Source: Paragordius varius
Taxonomy: Eukaryota; Animalia; Nematomorpha
DNA length: 64,000 nt
Direction: 5' to 3'
Assembly (NCBI GenBank): GCA_964247055.1
Contig: OZ176050.1
Span: forward strand, 6,448,001-6,512,000
Numbering within the stretch: the first letter of the stretch is position 1; the number at the start of each line of letters is the position of its first letter. The notes under the pieces were generated by a model, which did not search any database, was not told the DNA's origin, and saw only the letters and a list, made by a program, of their open reading frames with translations. Position numbers and translations under genes: made by a program. Positions 53,501-64,000 of this stretch are shown one piece after another.

Positions 53501-54530
53501 ATACAATTATAAAAAACCCATAATTTTTACTGTTTATACCCGATCAACTTTTTTCTGCCTTATATACAATTAATATTTATATAAAAAATAGATTTTTTAA
53601 CATTTTATTCATTGATATATATTTGTAAAATTTTACATAAGATATAATAAAAAAAGTCTGAATTTTCGTTTTTCAAAGAATCGGAAAATATTAATTACGC
53701 AAAATTCTTATTGGTAAGTTAACAAATATTTTTAAATATTAGGTTTTAGAACACTAAAATTGTTGTAGGTGGCGTTTGCAAATTATAAATTTATATGCTA
53801 TCTACGATAGATCATTAAAACCTATTCTCAACTTGTTAAATCACTTCGACACTCCACAAGTCATGCACTGGGCCATATGGGCTTTAGCAAATCTTACCCG
53901 AGTTTATCGTAAGTATATTTATACTCTATATCAAATAATTTGTTGAATCAAATGTGCATTATTATTTTTATGATATTTTAGCCGAAAAATATTGCCTTTT
54001 ACTGTACAAAGAAAAAGGGATTCCTATTTTGAAAAAAATAATGCAAGACAACAGGCCTTATTCAAAGATCAAAACTTTGGCTACCATTATCTTGGAAAAC
54101 TTTACAAAGTAATTTGTTATTTTTCAGTTTGATTCTGGTAATCATATATTTGTTCACAAGACTCTAAACCTTATATTTTATTGTAATTCTTATTTAATAA
54201 GGTATTTTACTGGTTTATCCGAACGACGAACTTCTAATCTTCTGGCGAGAGTTTTGGCCGATCCCACCAATAACTCAATATCCATAAACATTGAACCTTC
54301 CGATAATTTGATGCATACTTGGAATCAAACCGATATAGATCCAAACGGTTTTTACAAAATATTTTTGGGAAAAATATTTGTCACACCAAAATTCAACATT
54401 TTATAAATTTAAACAAATATTTTTTTATATATACGGGACAGAATTTGAATCTATGGAACCAGATATTGAACTTACGGATGAAATGTATGAAGATGGAAAC
54501 GATTACGAGACGCTTAATTACTATGAATGA
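41545..54530 (+). CDS. ZER1: ZER1 / zyg-11 family CRL2 substrate receptor (BC/VHL box, LRR, armadillo repeats)
   Basis: 19 in-phase exons: 41545-42688, 43227-44448, 44534-44695, 44773-44887, 47566-47709, 48063-48245, 48356-48479, 48563-48841, 49050-49170, 49243-49416, 49649-49994, 50425-50515, 50642-50712, 50813-50925, 51330-51527, 53811-53908, 53982-54108, 54202-54347 and 54442-54530. Motifs: PKSLADSCINLL, LDLSGTNL, VTGDGNEEQ, AWSTLWNITDETPDNC, ELYRNMLGLLGNVSEV, KRNINYRSLKPIL and HWAIWALANL. ZER1 is preferred over ZYG11 from recalled similarity. Confidence 0.93.
42860..43152. mobile_element. hAT (Buster-type) MITE, 293 bp, in ZER1 intron 1
   Basis: TIRs CAGGAGTGTCCGACA and TGTTGGGGACCCCTG, with a perfect 8-bp TSD ATTTAGAA at 42852-42859 and 43153-43160. 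Confidence 0.9.
45016..47411 (-). mobile_element. 5'-truncated RTE-clade LINE inserted antisense in ZER1 intron 4
   Basis: A 14-bp TSD AATCCATGATTATA occurs at 45002-45015 and 47412-47425. ORFs 47356-46016 and 45961-45023 are in one frame, separated by a single TAG. RT motifs: KTPG, IIIPIYKGKGD, FRPIKIL, QFGFQSG, FFDLEKAFDSIPR, GLHQGSVLSPLLF, LLFADD and FKYLG. It also has a Cys-rich PHD-like insert and RLRWAGH. Confidence 0.95.
52140..53710. repeat. Diverged inverted repeat pair (~52140-52570 and ~53300-53710) inside ZER1 intron 15
   Basis: For example, aagtatcgcc...atttttggtataatttt...gactcttttt...gccatactttatttcctcgtg aligns with the reverse complement cacgaagaaataaagtatggcc...aaaagagacatactc...aaaattataccaaaaat...ggcgatactt. 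Confidence 0.7.
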
Positions 54531-55839
54531 AAACCACATATCACATTTGCGATTTTATACATTTATAATGTTTTTTATATAAAGATGTGCACACAGCAAT
54601 ATTTTATATTTGCAAAAGCAAAAGTTTAGTGAAATTCAATAAATAAATTATTTATTTTCTATTTTACCCCCATAATATTAAGATATTTTGGTATAGTATA
54701 TAATGCAGAAGTGCCTAATGCAAATAGATTCCCGGATATATGAACTTATGGGTTTAATAGACATTTTAGAATGAATATACGAACACAATTCATTTCACCA
54801 ATTATTGCTAGTTATTCCGTTAACAAAACATGGAAAAAATTTATAATTATAGGATTAAATTGGGGGACCCATTTCAACTATACATAAACGATTAATTAAT
54901 GCATAACATTTAAAAAAATAAAGTCTTTGGATTAAATTCACATATGTATAAACCCAAAATGATGTTTCGTAATAATGAACTGCATCTAAAAAGACTTCTA
55001 TATTGAGTTCTCACCAATTATAATTGCTAGGAAGTAGGGAAAGAGAATGGTTGCTTATAACATTTTAATTTTTTTCTATATTATTATGAACTGATGATGT
55101 CCAAGTTTTAGCAAACGCCTAAAAATTTAAAATTATTTCCCAAAAAATCGATATGGTTATTTTTACGGTCCATGTTCAAATATTTTTGGTGGATTAAAAA
55201 TCTCAAAATAATATTATTAACTTAAAAAAACCGACATCCAATTAATGAACAATGATATAAATAATTTTACCACCAAAAGGATATTATCCTTTATCGAATA
55301 ATAATAATTAATGATGTTAATGGAATTCAAACTGTGGTTGCATTTTTTTTGAAAGGATAAGCGCATGAGTAATTGCCTAAAAAGAATTGAAAGTAATAGT
55401 TTTTTTATTACCAAGCCTTTGTAATAAAATATTTTTTCAAAGTATGGATTCCGACTCAGGGTTTTCGAATATTCCGCAATGCCACGGAGAACCGGATGCA
55501 GTCCATGTTTTGTATATCCAAGTTAAAAAGTATTTTCCCATAGATAAATCCTATACTTTTACATCAAATTGATTAAAATATTTTACTACCATTCGAGATC
55601 ATTTTTTTGGGCTCTTTCGAATTAAAATACTTTGCTATATATTTAATTATTTTTACTCAAATATTATGAATGCTAAGCCACATTTTTTTAAAAACTTGTA
55701 TAAAAGTGATTTTTAAGATATGTGACATTCAGATATGGCACTCAAAAAAGTCAAAATTTGTTTTCAGCTGTAATTATTTTTTTCATTAAACAATTAATGA
55801 TCCGTGCTATCGAAATTATGTGACATTTTATTAAGTTGC

Positions 55840-57150
55840 TGTTAGATTTTAATACATTCGCGTATGGAGAAATCAAGTCTAGAAGCATATGATCCCGCAT
55901 CTAGCCTTGATGACTATATCGATTTTATAAATAGAATGTTAAAAGTCAATGATGAAAAAAATGTATTCAAATCTAATATATAAGTACTAGGTTACAAAAC
56001 TGATGTATTCATATCTAACATATCTCCTTATCCCAGCCGATCTGGTGCTTTTCTCTAAGCGGATATCTTCCTTTTCAGTTGTCTTTTCCCTTTTAATTTC
56101 AACCTGGTGTCTTTCTCGTTTTCCTTTCCTTTTCTTTGTTCATCCCCACTTCCCGATTATTGATTGTAATGTTGCATTCATCAGTTTGGTTTATGGTTGG
56201 ACCACCATCATCCCCCTTCCGCATGTTTGCGAAGGGTTCGATTTCCATCTTTTACCGTGTACGAGAGTACCACCTGTTCTCTCCAAAATTAAACCTTTTC
56301 TCCACCCCGTATTGATTTATTCTTTATGTACGACTCTTCGTCCGGTGTGAAAACTTGATTGGGTATGATATCGTCATTTAATGTTGCGAGGGTGTTTCTC
56401 TAACTCAGGAGAAAGAAGTATCAATATTTCTTTTGAGGAATGAGTTATACGAACACTCTTTTGTGGCGCTATGTATGGCAGAGCGACCCTATAGCGCTTG
56501 ATTTATATTTTTGGTAGAAGGCAGCTTAGAATCCGTTAGTGATTTATAGTGTGTTTTTAAGGTGTAAATAACACTTTCAACCAGCCCATTTGTTCGTGGA
56601 TGATAGGGGCAACTGGTAACATGTTTAATGTTTGCTTGTTGCAAAGGTATCATTTAAATTATTTGATGCAAAATATGACGCATTATTGACAACTATCATT
56701 CGCGGAAACCCGTAACACACCAAATTTCTAATGAAATATGTTTGCGGAATTAACATTTCTTAGCAACTCGACTTCAACCCATCTGGAGCTACTATCGATA
56801 GCCACTAACCAATAAAACTCATCTATAGGACCGGGAATATCCAGATGTATCCGTTCCCAGATACCCGTTTTAAAATTCCATTTATACGTGAAATTGCTTT
56901 TTATGCTACTCCGGTTTGACTGACACCCCATACAAAATCTCACATAACTTTCAATGTCTTGGATTATACCTGGCCAATAAACCCTAGCCTTGGCAGACTC
57001 TTTCATTACATTAGCCCCCGAATGTCCGACATGCAAAAATTTTGACGTTTCATTACGCAAAGCCCTGGGAAAAATAAGACGATCGCCCCAATACAGCAGC
57101 CCATATGATTATTGTATTTCGTTTCTTATACTAAATATCGATTTTAAAAT
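55840..57150 (-). mobile_element. 3' part of a Ty3/Gypsy LTR retrotransposon (integrase pseudogene, PPT, 181-bp 3' LTR)
   Basis: Contains GLLYWGDRLIFPRALR, an HHCC zinc finger (HVGHSG...CMGC), WERIHLDIPGP and LVAIDSSSRWVEV. The LTR at 55840-56020 is bounded by TGTTAGA...TCTAACA and preceded on the minus strand by the purine tract GGGATAAGGAGA. Confidence 0.9.
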
Positions 57151-57157
57151 TGGAACT

Positions 57158-57982
57158 GACGGGTTAAAGTCGAGTTGCTAAGGAATGTTAATTCCGCAAA
57201 CATATTACATTGGTTAGAAATTTGGCGTGTAAAGTACGGGTTTCCGCGAATGATAGTTACCGATAATGCGTCATATTTTGCATCGAAGGATTTTAAAGAT
57301 ACCTTGCAACGAGCAAACATCAAACACGTCACTAGTGCCCCCTATCATCCACGAACAAATGGGCTGGTGGAACGGGTCATTTACACCTTAAAAGCACACT
57401 ATAAATCGCTAACGGATTCTAAGCTGCCTTCTGACAAAAATAAATCAAGCGCTATGGGGTCGCTCTGCCGTACATAGCGCCACAAAGGAGTGCCCGTATA
57501 ACTTATTCCTCAAAAGAAATATTGATACTTCTTTCTCCTGAGTTAGAGAAACACCCTCGCAACATTAAATGACGATATCATACCCAATCAAGTTTTCACA
57601 CCGGACGAAGAGTCGTACATAAAGAATAAATCAATACGGGGTGGAGAAAAGGTTTAATTTTGGAGAGAACAGGTGGTACTCTCGTACACGGTAAAAGATG
57701 GAAATCGAACCCTTCGCAAACATGCGGAAGGGGGATGATGGTGGTCCAACGATAAACCAAACTGATGAATGCAACATTACAACCAATAATCGGGAAGTGG
57801 GGAGGAACAAAGCAAAGAAAAGGAAAACGAGAAAGACACCCATGTTAAGTATAAAACGGAAAAGACAACTGAGAAAGAAGATATCCGTTAGGGAAAGAAA
57901 AGCACCAGATCGGCTCGGATATATTATGATCAGTTATGTAACCTGGTATTGACTTTATATATTAGATTTGAATACATTTTTT
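57158..57982 (+). mobile_element. Inverted second copy of the same Gypsy integrase-to-LTR segment
   Basis: Contains YGFPRMIVTDNASYF and SAPYHPRTNGLVER (D and E of the DDE motif). It is the reverse complement of ~55955-56783, and its LTR start is partly deleted. Confidence 0.9.
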
Positions 57983-59641
57983 ATAGACCATCTAGTATTT
58001 GAATTAAACTATTGTATTACTTTTGTATTTAAAATGTACACGTTACACTCGACAACAATTTTTCATGCCACCCGAGTTTTTTATATTTTATGACATTTAC
58101 TATCATTTCACAGTTCTTCTAAAATCCACCTAGGAATTTTTTATAATTTGATTTTTTATGATTATGCGCCATCAAAATTTTACTAAAAATGTTTTTTTCT
58201 GAAAATATACAACAAATTCCCATTTGTAATATATCATTCGAGAGAATAATGAAAACTCTATAAAATGCATAATAATATGTTTATTAAACATAGGAAGGAC
58301 AAACGCGCGAAGCGAGAGCTTTTTTTAATTAATATATTTTTAAAAATAATGGATGAAAATGGCTCAAACATTTGGATGGTAATGAATGACCAAAAAGATA
58401 AACAAGAAAGTTTTATTTGATTAAAACATTTATTTATTGCTTTTATGTCATCAAAAACAGCCATTTTTAAGTTTTTTGTTTTTAAATTACCCTCTCATCA
58501 ACATTAATTTATTTACTTTAAAATTGTTATTCAAAATTTTAAACTAAAAATATAGGTTAAGGAATTCCTTATTTTTTATCAATGTAATAAATTTACAGTT
58601 ATAAATATCCATTTTAGTGTCCACTAGGTAATATAATTTTGATAAAAATAATTTTTATTAAATTAACAAACCAAAAGTTTTTTACTTATTTAAGGGTTGA
58701 TTTTGACCATATAAACCCAAATAACTTTTACATCAGATTGTTTTAAATGACTAACTATACCATTCGAAAGATACAGTTTTTCGCGCTCTTTCGAATGATA
58801 TAAAATACCTGGCCTTGTATCTAAAACTGTTAAATAGGAAAATTTCGAGTTTAATGTTAAATAGGGGCCAAAGATTTCGATAAACCCTAATAAAAATAAA
58901 TTATTAAGTGTTAGACCAATTATTTTTTCAGATATACTATTTATGTATTTTAATGCAATAAAATTTAATTTATAAGAATAGTATTTAAAAAAATTCCTAA
59001 TTTGTTGTCTAGTGTTATTGGCTTAAACATGTAAATATTATATACGCAAAAAATATATAAAATTGCAAATTTTATATAGTTTAATTTTTGTGTTTTATCT
59101 TAATAAATCTTATTGTTTCTCGAGTCACCATAGTTGCATAGAAAACTATTTTAAAATATTGTTACGCGTTTTCACGTATAAAAATTTAATAAAATGTTGT
59201 CATTAAATTTCATTAACAATTATTAATTTTATTTATGTTTTATCTTCAGACACTTTTAAATATAGATCCAATTAATCATTTAATCAAACAAAACGTGGGA
59301 TTAGGTCATATTCAATGAAGAGTTGAATATTAAATAAAATATTAAACTATAAATCAAATTTAAATATACTTGGTCCCTACCAAACTTGGCAGAAAATAAT
59401 TCTGGAGGGGCTCACACCAAATAGAAAATGAGTATTAAAGTGCTCTTAAACGCAAACTATGGATGAAAATGTTTAACCTATATTATTTCAATTAAATTGT
59501 ATATAATTTTTTTTATCTTGTCTCAAGGGCCGTGAACAGTATAATATCGATAAATTTCATAGCTGTTTCACACATTTACGGATATTTATAGACAAAAGCC
59601 CTAAAAAGCATTTTTAGGGGTGCGATTTGAATATAACTGAC

Positions 59642-60355
59642 CTAGAACATAGTGTGTACTACAAACATATAACTGCATCATCAGGTTATAATTTCTGAAT
59701 CTGCTTCAGAAGAATTTAATAATAATCAATTCGGATGAATATGCGGAAGAAACAATAAAAATATATGTATAACATTTAAATTAATTTATTTTTTGTTAAA
59801 CTTTATTTTTTTCAATGTAATAACTGGAGATTTGATGGTTTTTTGAACTAATAAAAATAAAAAATAAGGTTAAACAATTATGTCATAAAAACGGGTAAAA
59901 TATACCTGATGTATCTAAAATTCCAGAAGAAACATTATGAATGGGTTCATCAAGTATTCTTAATGGCTCATTTTTGTTAGACGCTTTGGTCAATTTTAAC
60001 AAGGTTTCTGGAACCGTAACATTTTTTTCAAAAGTGAAGTCAAAATCAAGGTAAGAATTAAAATTCTTTTTTGGCCGGCCTCGTCTTTTTTTATAAGTCT
60101 CGTCATTATTCAAGTTTTTTTTGGATTTTTCATTATCTAATTCCTCTATACTTTTGTCGGAATCCTCAACCAGTGAATCGTTATCGGATTCCATTAATTC
60201 TATATTCAATTTTTAGGCGCAAACCTGGATCATCATAGTCCTCTTCAGGAACAGTGTTTGTATCTTACATTATATTACAATATACCTTTATAGAACTTTT
60301 TTTCAATCCAATTTTTTACGTTAGCGTCGCTACAAAATTTATATTCTACACTCAT
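59642..60355 (-). CDS. AT-hook-containing protein of unknown function (5' part; downstream exons unresolved)
   Basis: Predicted exons 60355-60286, 60263-60225, 60199-59906, 59847-59802 and 59700-59642 are in phase. They read MSVEYKFCSDANVKNWIEKKFYK-DTNTVPEEDYDDP-ELMESDNDS...KKRRGRPKK, where RGRP is the AT-hook core. The first two joins need 22- and 25-nt introns. Confidence 0.6.
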
Positions 60356-60429
60356 ATGGATTTATGAAAGTTAAAGGAAGACACATGTTTTTATTTGAAT
60401 TTTTTCCCAATCCATTTTAACGTAATCGG

Positions 60430-63400
60430 ATGAACCTTAAGCCTGTAGTCTTATGTGGCCCTTCTGGCGTTGGGAAAAGCACATTTATAAAAAAATTACT
60501 TAGCGATTATCCAGATAAATTTGAACTTAGCATATCTCGTAATTTAAATTAATATTTTTTTATGATTTTATAAAATTATTTTTTCTTATTTACCATAATA
60601 AAAATTGTTTTTATTTGCCTATTGTATAAGCGAGTTAAAATAATAAAGAAAAAATGTCTGCGAACAAGTTTGAGATAGGGATTTTTTAATAATTTTATAT
60701 TTTTTTAAAAAAAATTTTTTAGTCACGGTTATGAACTTAATTTATTTATTAATAGCAAATTTGTCTTTAGATTATAAACATAGTTTGATATATATTTTAG
60801 ATACCACACGTAAGCCCAGAAATGGAGAAACCAATGGCAAAGGTATTTTTGCATATAATTATATTGAAAGAATACTATTTTGTTTTACGAGAAGATATGG
60901 AAAAATCGATAGCTAACGGTGAATTTATTGAACATGCAGTTTTTTCAGGCAATATGTATGGTACGAGGTAAATAAAATAGCGTTATATAAATTCTTTTAC
61001 ACGTAATTCATTATATTGCATAAAATATGTGGATTATAATAGCATCCCAATTATTTTTATAGTGCCAAAAATATGCTTTATGGATTTTTTGTTTTTTACA
61101 ATTAATTTATATATATCCTGGCGGATGATTATAATTATAATAATTTACTTTCGTAAAAGCAATTTATAATTTTAAAATTTTAATCCATTACTTGAGAAAT
61201 TATATTAAAAATTAGTAAAGTTATTTAATATGAGTCAATTTTCAACAGTTATTTATGATAATTTTTTTTATAAAATATTTATATGGAGTTTTGGAATGTA
61301 ACAGTTTTTGGTTTTCTTTATTGTATATTTATAGTAGGGTTATTTTATATAATTTTACGATTTCCATGGTCCCTCGGGATAAATAAAGAGTTTTTACTAT
61401 GTTTTAAAGCACAGAATATGAAATATTTCAAATAAATAACATTTTTATGTTTACGAAATTTTAGAAAATTTATGAATTTAAATAATAAATAACCTTTCTT
61501 CATATTAAGGTAGTACTTATATTATATGATATTTATTACAACCTAATGTTTTTCTTTTTATTGAAAAATCGTTGTCACATATTTTGAGTATAAATTAATT
61601 GGGTTAAAGATAAGATGCTATCCATAGATCTTGGCAAATATTTATTATTGTGGCGGCAACTCGCTACTTGTTATAATTAGGAAAAATTGACTAAAATATA
61701 TATATATGTTATGATTTAGCAAAAAAGCCATACTTGATATACAGAAGAAGGGAAAAATATGTGTTTTGGATATCGATGTTCAAGGGGTTAAACAATTAAA
61801 GCAATTGAATGATCCCAATTTTCAACCCATTTACATATTTATAGCACCACCGAGTATGGACACATTGGTAATCAAAGTTACTTTTTCCGCAAAAAAACAA
61901 ATAACATAAGATAATTGTGGGACTAATTTGATTTTTGTTAACATCAATTGTAAATATACATATAAATGTAATAAGTTTTTTACATTTTTGGTTTGATTTT
62001 TAAGCCAACATTCATTAGGCTTGAATATGACATATGACTATCGTTTACATTATGCCTCTGTTATGTTGAGATATATTTATATTTCATTATGTGTTAGTGG
62101 AATTTAAACTGTTTAAAACGCATATGATGCTATTTATTATCCCATCACTCAAATAATTATGTTTATTGCCTATTTCAATGCATGTGGAAGGGTCGTAGGC
62201 TGTGAATATCTGGTTTGTCAGATACTGTGTGACAAGATTCGTTGATTCTATTTACTTTTTAACTTTTTGTCTATTAGGGGCCACTTTTTGTCCACCGACT
62301 ATTGGCATTTATTAAATGAGTTTTGTTTAGAGAACATTCATATTTTAAGCTATTAATTATCGGTGGCCTAAGGACTTTTGGTATTTTTTAAGATGCAAAA
62401 CTATAAAAAAGCGAAAATTTAACGAATTTATGATGTGTGTTTTGCTATTTTATATTAGTGTCATATCGTCGATCACATATGCCTGATTTTTTGTGACTCC
62501 AATAGACGATTTCATTTAGTATAAGTAACGTTTTGGTCTTGTTAAGGCTCCATTCCTTGTATTAATTATCTTCATTATGGTACTGATACTCTTTAAAACA
62601 AGATTTTCGCGTCGATAACGTTATGGTAAAACAAATCAATTTAATTAACGAATTGTAAAATCGCTGCCATTACAAGTTAAATTAGTAACATTTTTAAATA
62701 ACATTATTTAATTATGGTACCTATGCAAATTTATAAATATCTTATATTATAAAATATATACTTTTATGTTAAATTAAGATTTGAACAAAAAGTCATCATA
62801 AAAATTACCTTATTTTATGGGTGGTCTAATTTGTCGACAAACAATGTTATTTAATAAATAATATTTAAGTTCAGTTAGTATTGGCTAAAATCCGATATAA
62901 ATTGATTTCGTAAGATGGGTTATTATCACTAAATTTGTTACAAGCCCACAGAGGAACGTGAACGATGTTTTACAAATAATTCATAAATATATAATTTGAA
63001 AACATAAAGTTTGTTTTGTAATTCAAATAGAAAGAAAGATTAGTATGTCGAAAAACGGATTCTTCAGATGCTATCAAACGCCGCTTAGAAACAGCTTATA
63101 ATGAAATCGAATATGGTATTATTTATTAATTTCAGTCTTTTACTACTTTTCAAAATTATTATATATTATGGTTTGGCTTCCATTGCATTTATTGTTTGTG
63201 AAATTTGGTTGGTAATTATAATTTATTTCGTTTTTTCTCAAAAAGCTACAATCCCTTTTCTATATTATTAATTCTTTACTTATTGTATTATTTAAATGAA
63301 AACTAATTCGTTATAAAATTTATATTTTTGATATTTAGCCAAAACAAAAGGAAATTTCGATTACATTATTACGAATGATGATTTTGATCGGGCATATTCC

Positions 63401-63618
63401 CAATTTTTGAGCATAATCAAACCAGTATATATCTATTTTTTTAATTATTTAATTATTTATATGACAATTTTATATTTTCGTAAATATTAAATAATTGAAT
63501 GTTTTAAAAGAAAAATTTGGGGAGAATTTTTTTTCACTAATGAGGTTAAATTTTATAATTGCCCACTAACAAAATTTAAATAAATAAAACAACTTTTTTT
63601 GCCATGCAGATCCTCTAA
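60430..63618 (+). CDS. GUK1: Guanylate kinase
   Basis: Exons 60430-60538, 60801-60842, 60871-60967, 61720-61867, 63031-63115, 63339-63424 and probably 63610-63618. Motifs: P-loop [61 protein letters not shown] and FDYIITND. Confidence 0.96.
60843..60870 (+). other. 28-nt GT-AG intron in guanylate kinase
   Basis: gtatttttgcatataattatattgaaag must be removed to give the conserved NGK(E)YYFV. Retention shifts the frame to a stop at 60916. Confidence 0.93.
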
Positions 63619-64000
63619 ACAAACATAATACACACATCTTGTACAAAAGCAGAATACTCACATTTGATATATGGTTTTTAGACATTATTCCATAACGCAC
63701 CGAATTCTCACAAATTTTATATGTGTAGTTTTTTTTATTAGCTAATAATTATTGTGCCAATCATAAATTATTCAAATAAATATGGAATAATACCAAGTAT
63801 AAGTAGAGATTTTTGATGAATGTATGTGTGCATAAATAAATAAATTGTCATACTATTGAGCAAATTCGCTAGCTATCTGCTAAATAAAAATAAAATTGGC
63901 TATTATTACATAAAATATATTATGGAATTAATTAAAAATGAGAGATAAAAAAACATAACGTATTTATTAAAAATGGCTTCATGTAGCATCATTGTGGTCA

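Noticed and set aside
55090-55120. Hammerhead ribozyme (ctgatgatgtcc...gcaaacg)
   Set aside because: The GAAA core and stem II complement are missing. It is at best a decayed remnant.
56003-56350. ORFs 56003-56350 and 57698-57952 as genes
   Set aside because: They are alternative frames of the decayed Gypsy 3' region.
58258-58464. Hydrophobic 68-aa ORF (and similar short F/I/L/K-rich ORFs throughout)
   Set aside because: The composition is what AT-rich non-coding DNA yields, with no motifs or splice-phase support.

Overview
Very AT-rich eukaryotic genomic DNA, most likely an invertebrate animal (inferred from spliceosomal GT-AG genes, a rhodopsin-type GPCR, an EGF membrane protein and a ZER1 orthologue; the species cannot be named from the sequence). 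I reconstructed seven genes by hand: a two-exon orphan 7TM receptor (-), fumarate hydratase (+, 11 exons), ataxin-2 (-, 10 exons), an EB/EGF single-pass membrane protein (+, 5' end not found), ZER1/zyg-11 (+, 19 exons), an AT-hook protein of unknown function (-) and guanylate kinase (+). There are also fragments of a small-exon gene near 10.4-10.9 kb. Introns and intergenic DNA are full of mobile-element debris: a Buster-type hAT with an 8-bp TSD, hAT MITEs, TA-flanked MITEs, a Helentron-like pair, two RTE LINEs (one with a 14-bp TSD), a Penelope remnant, a Gypsy integrase/LTR fold-back and a tRNA-Lys-derived SINE head. The standout observation is a set of ultra-short GT-AG introns (22, 23, 25, 25, 28, 28 and 36 nt) coexisting with 2-3 kb introns. 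Two of these are forced by strongly conserved protein sequence, and one could act as a switch for mitochondrial versus cytosolic fumarase. No rRNA, intact tRNA or CRISPR array was found. All exon models are manual predictions without RNA evidence.
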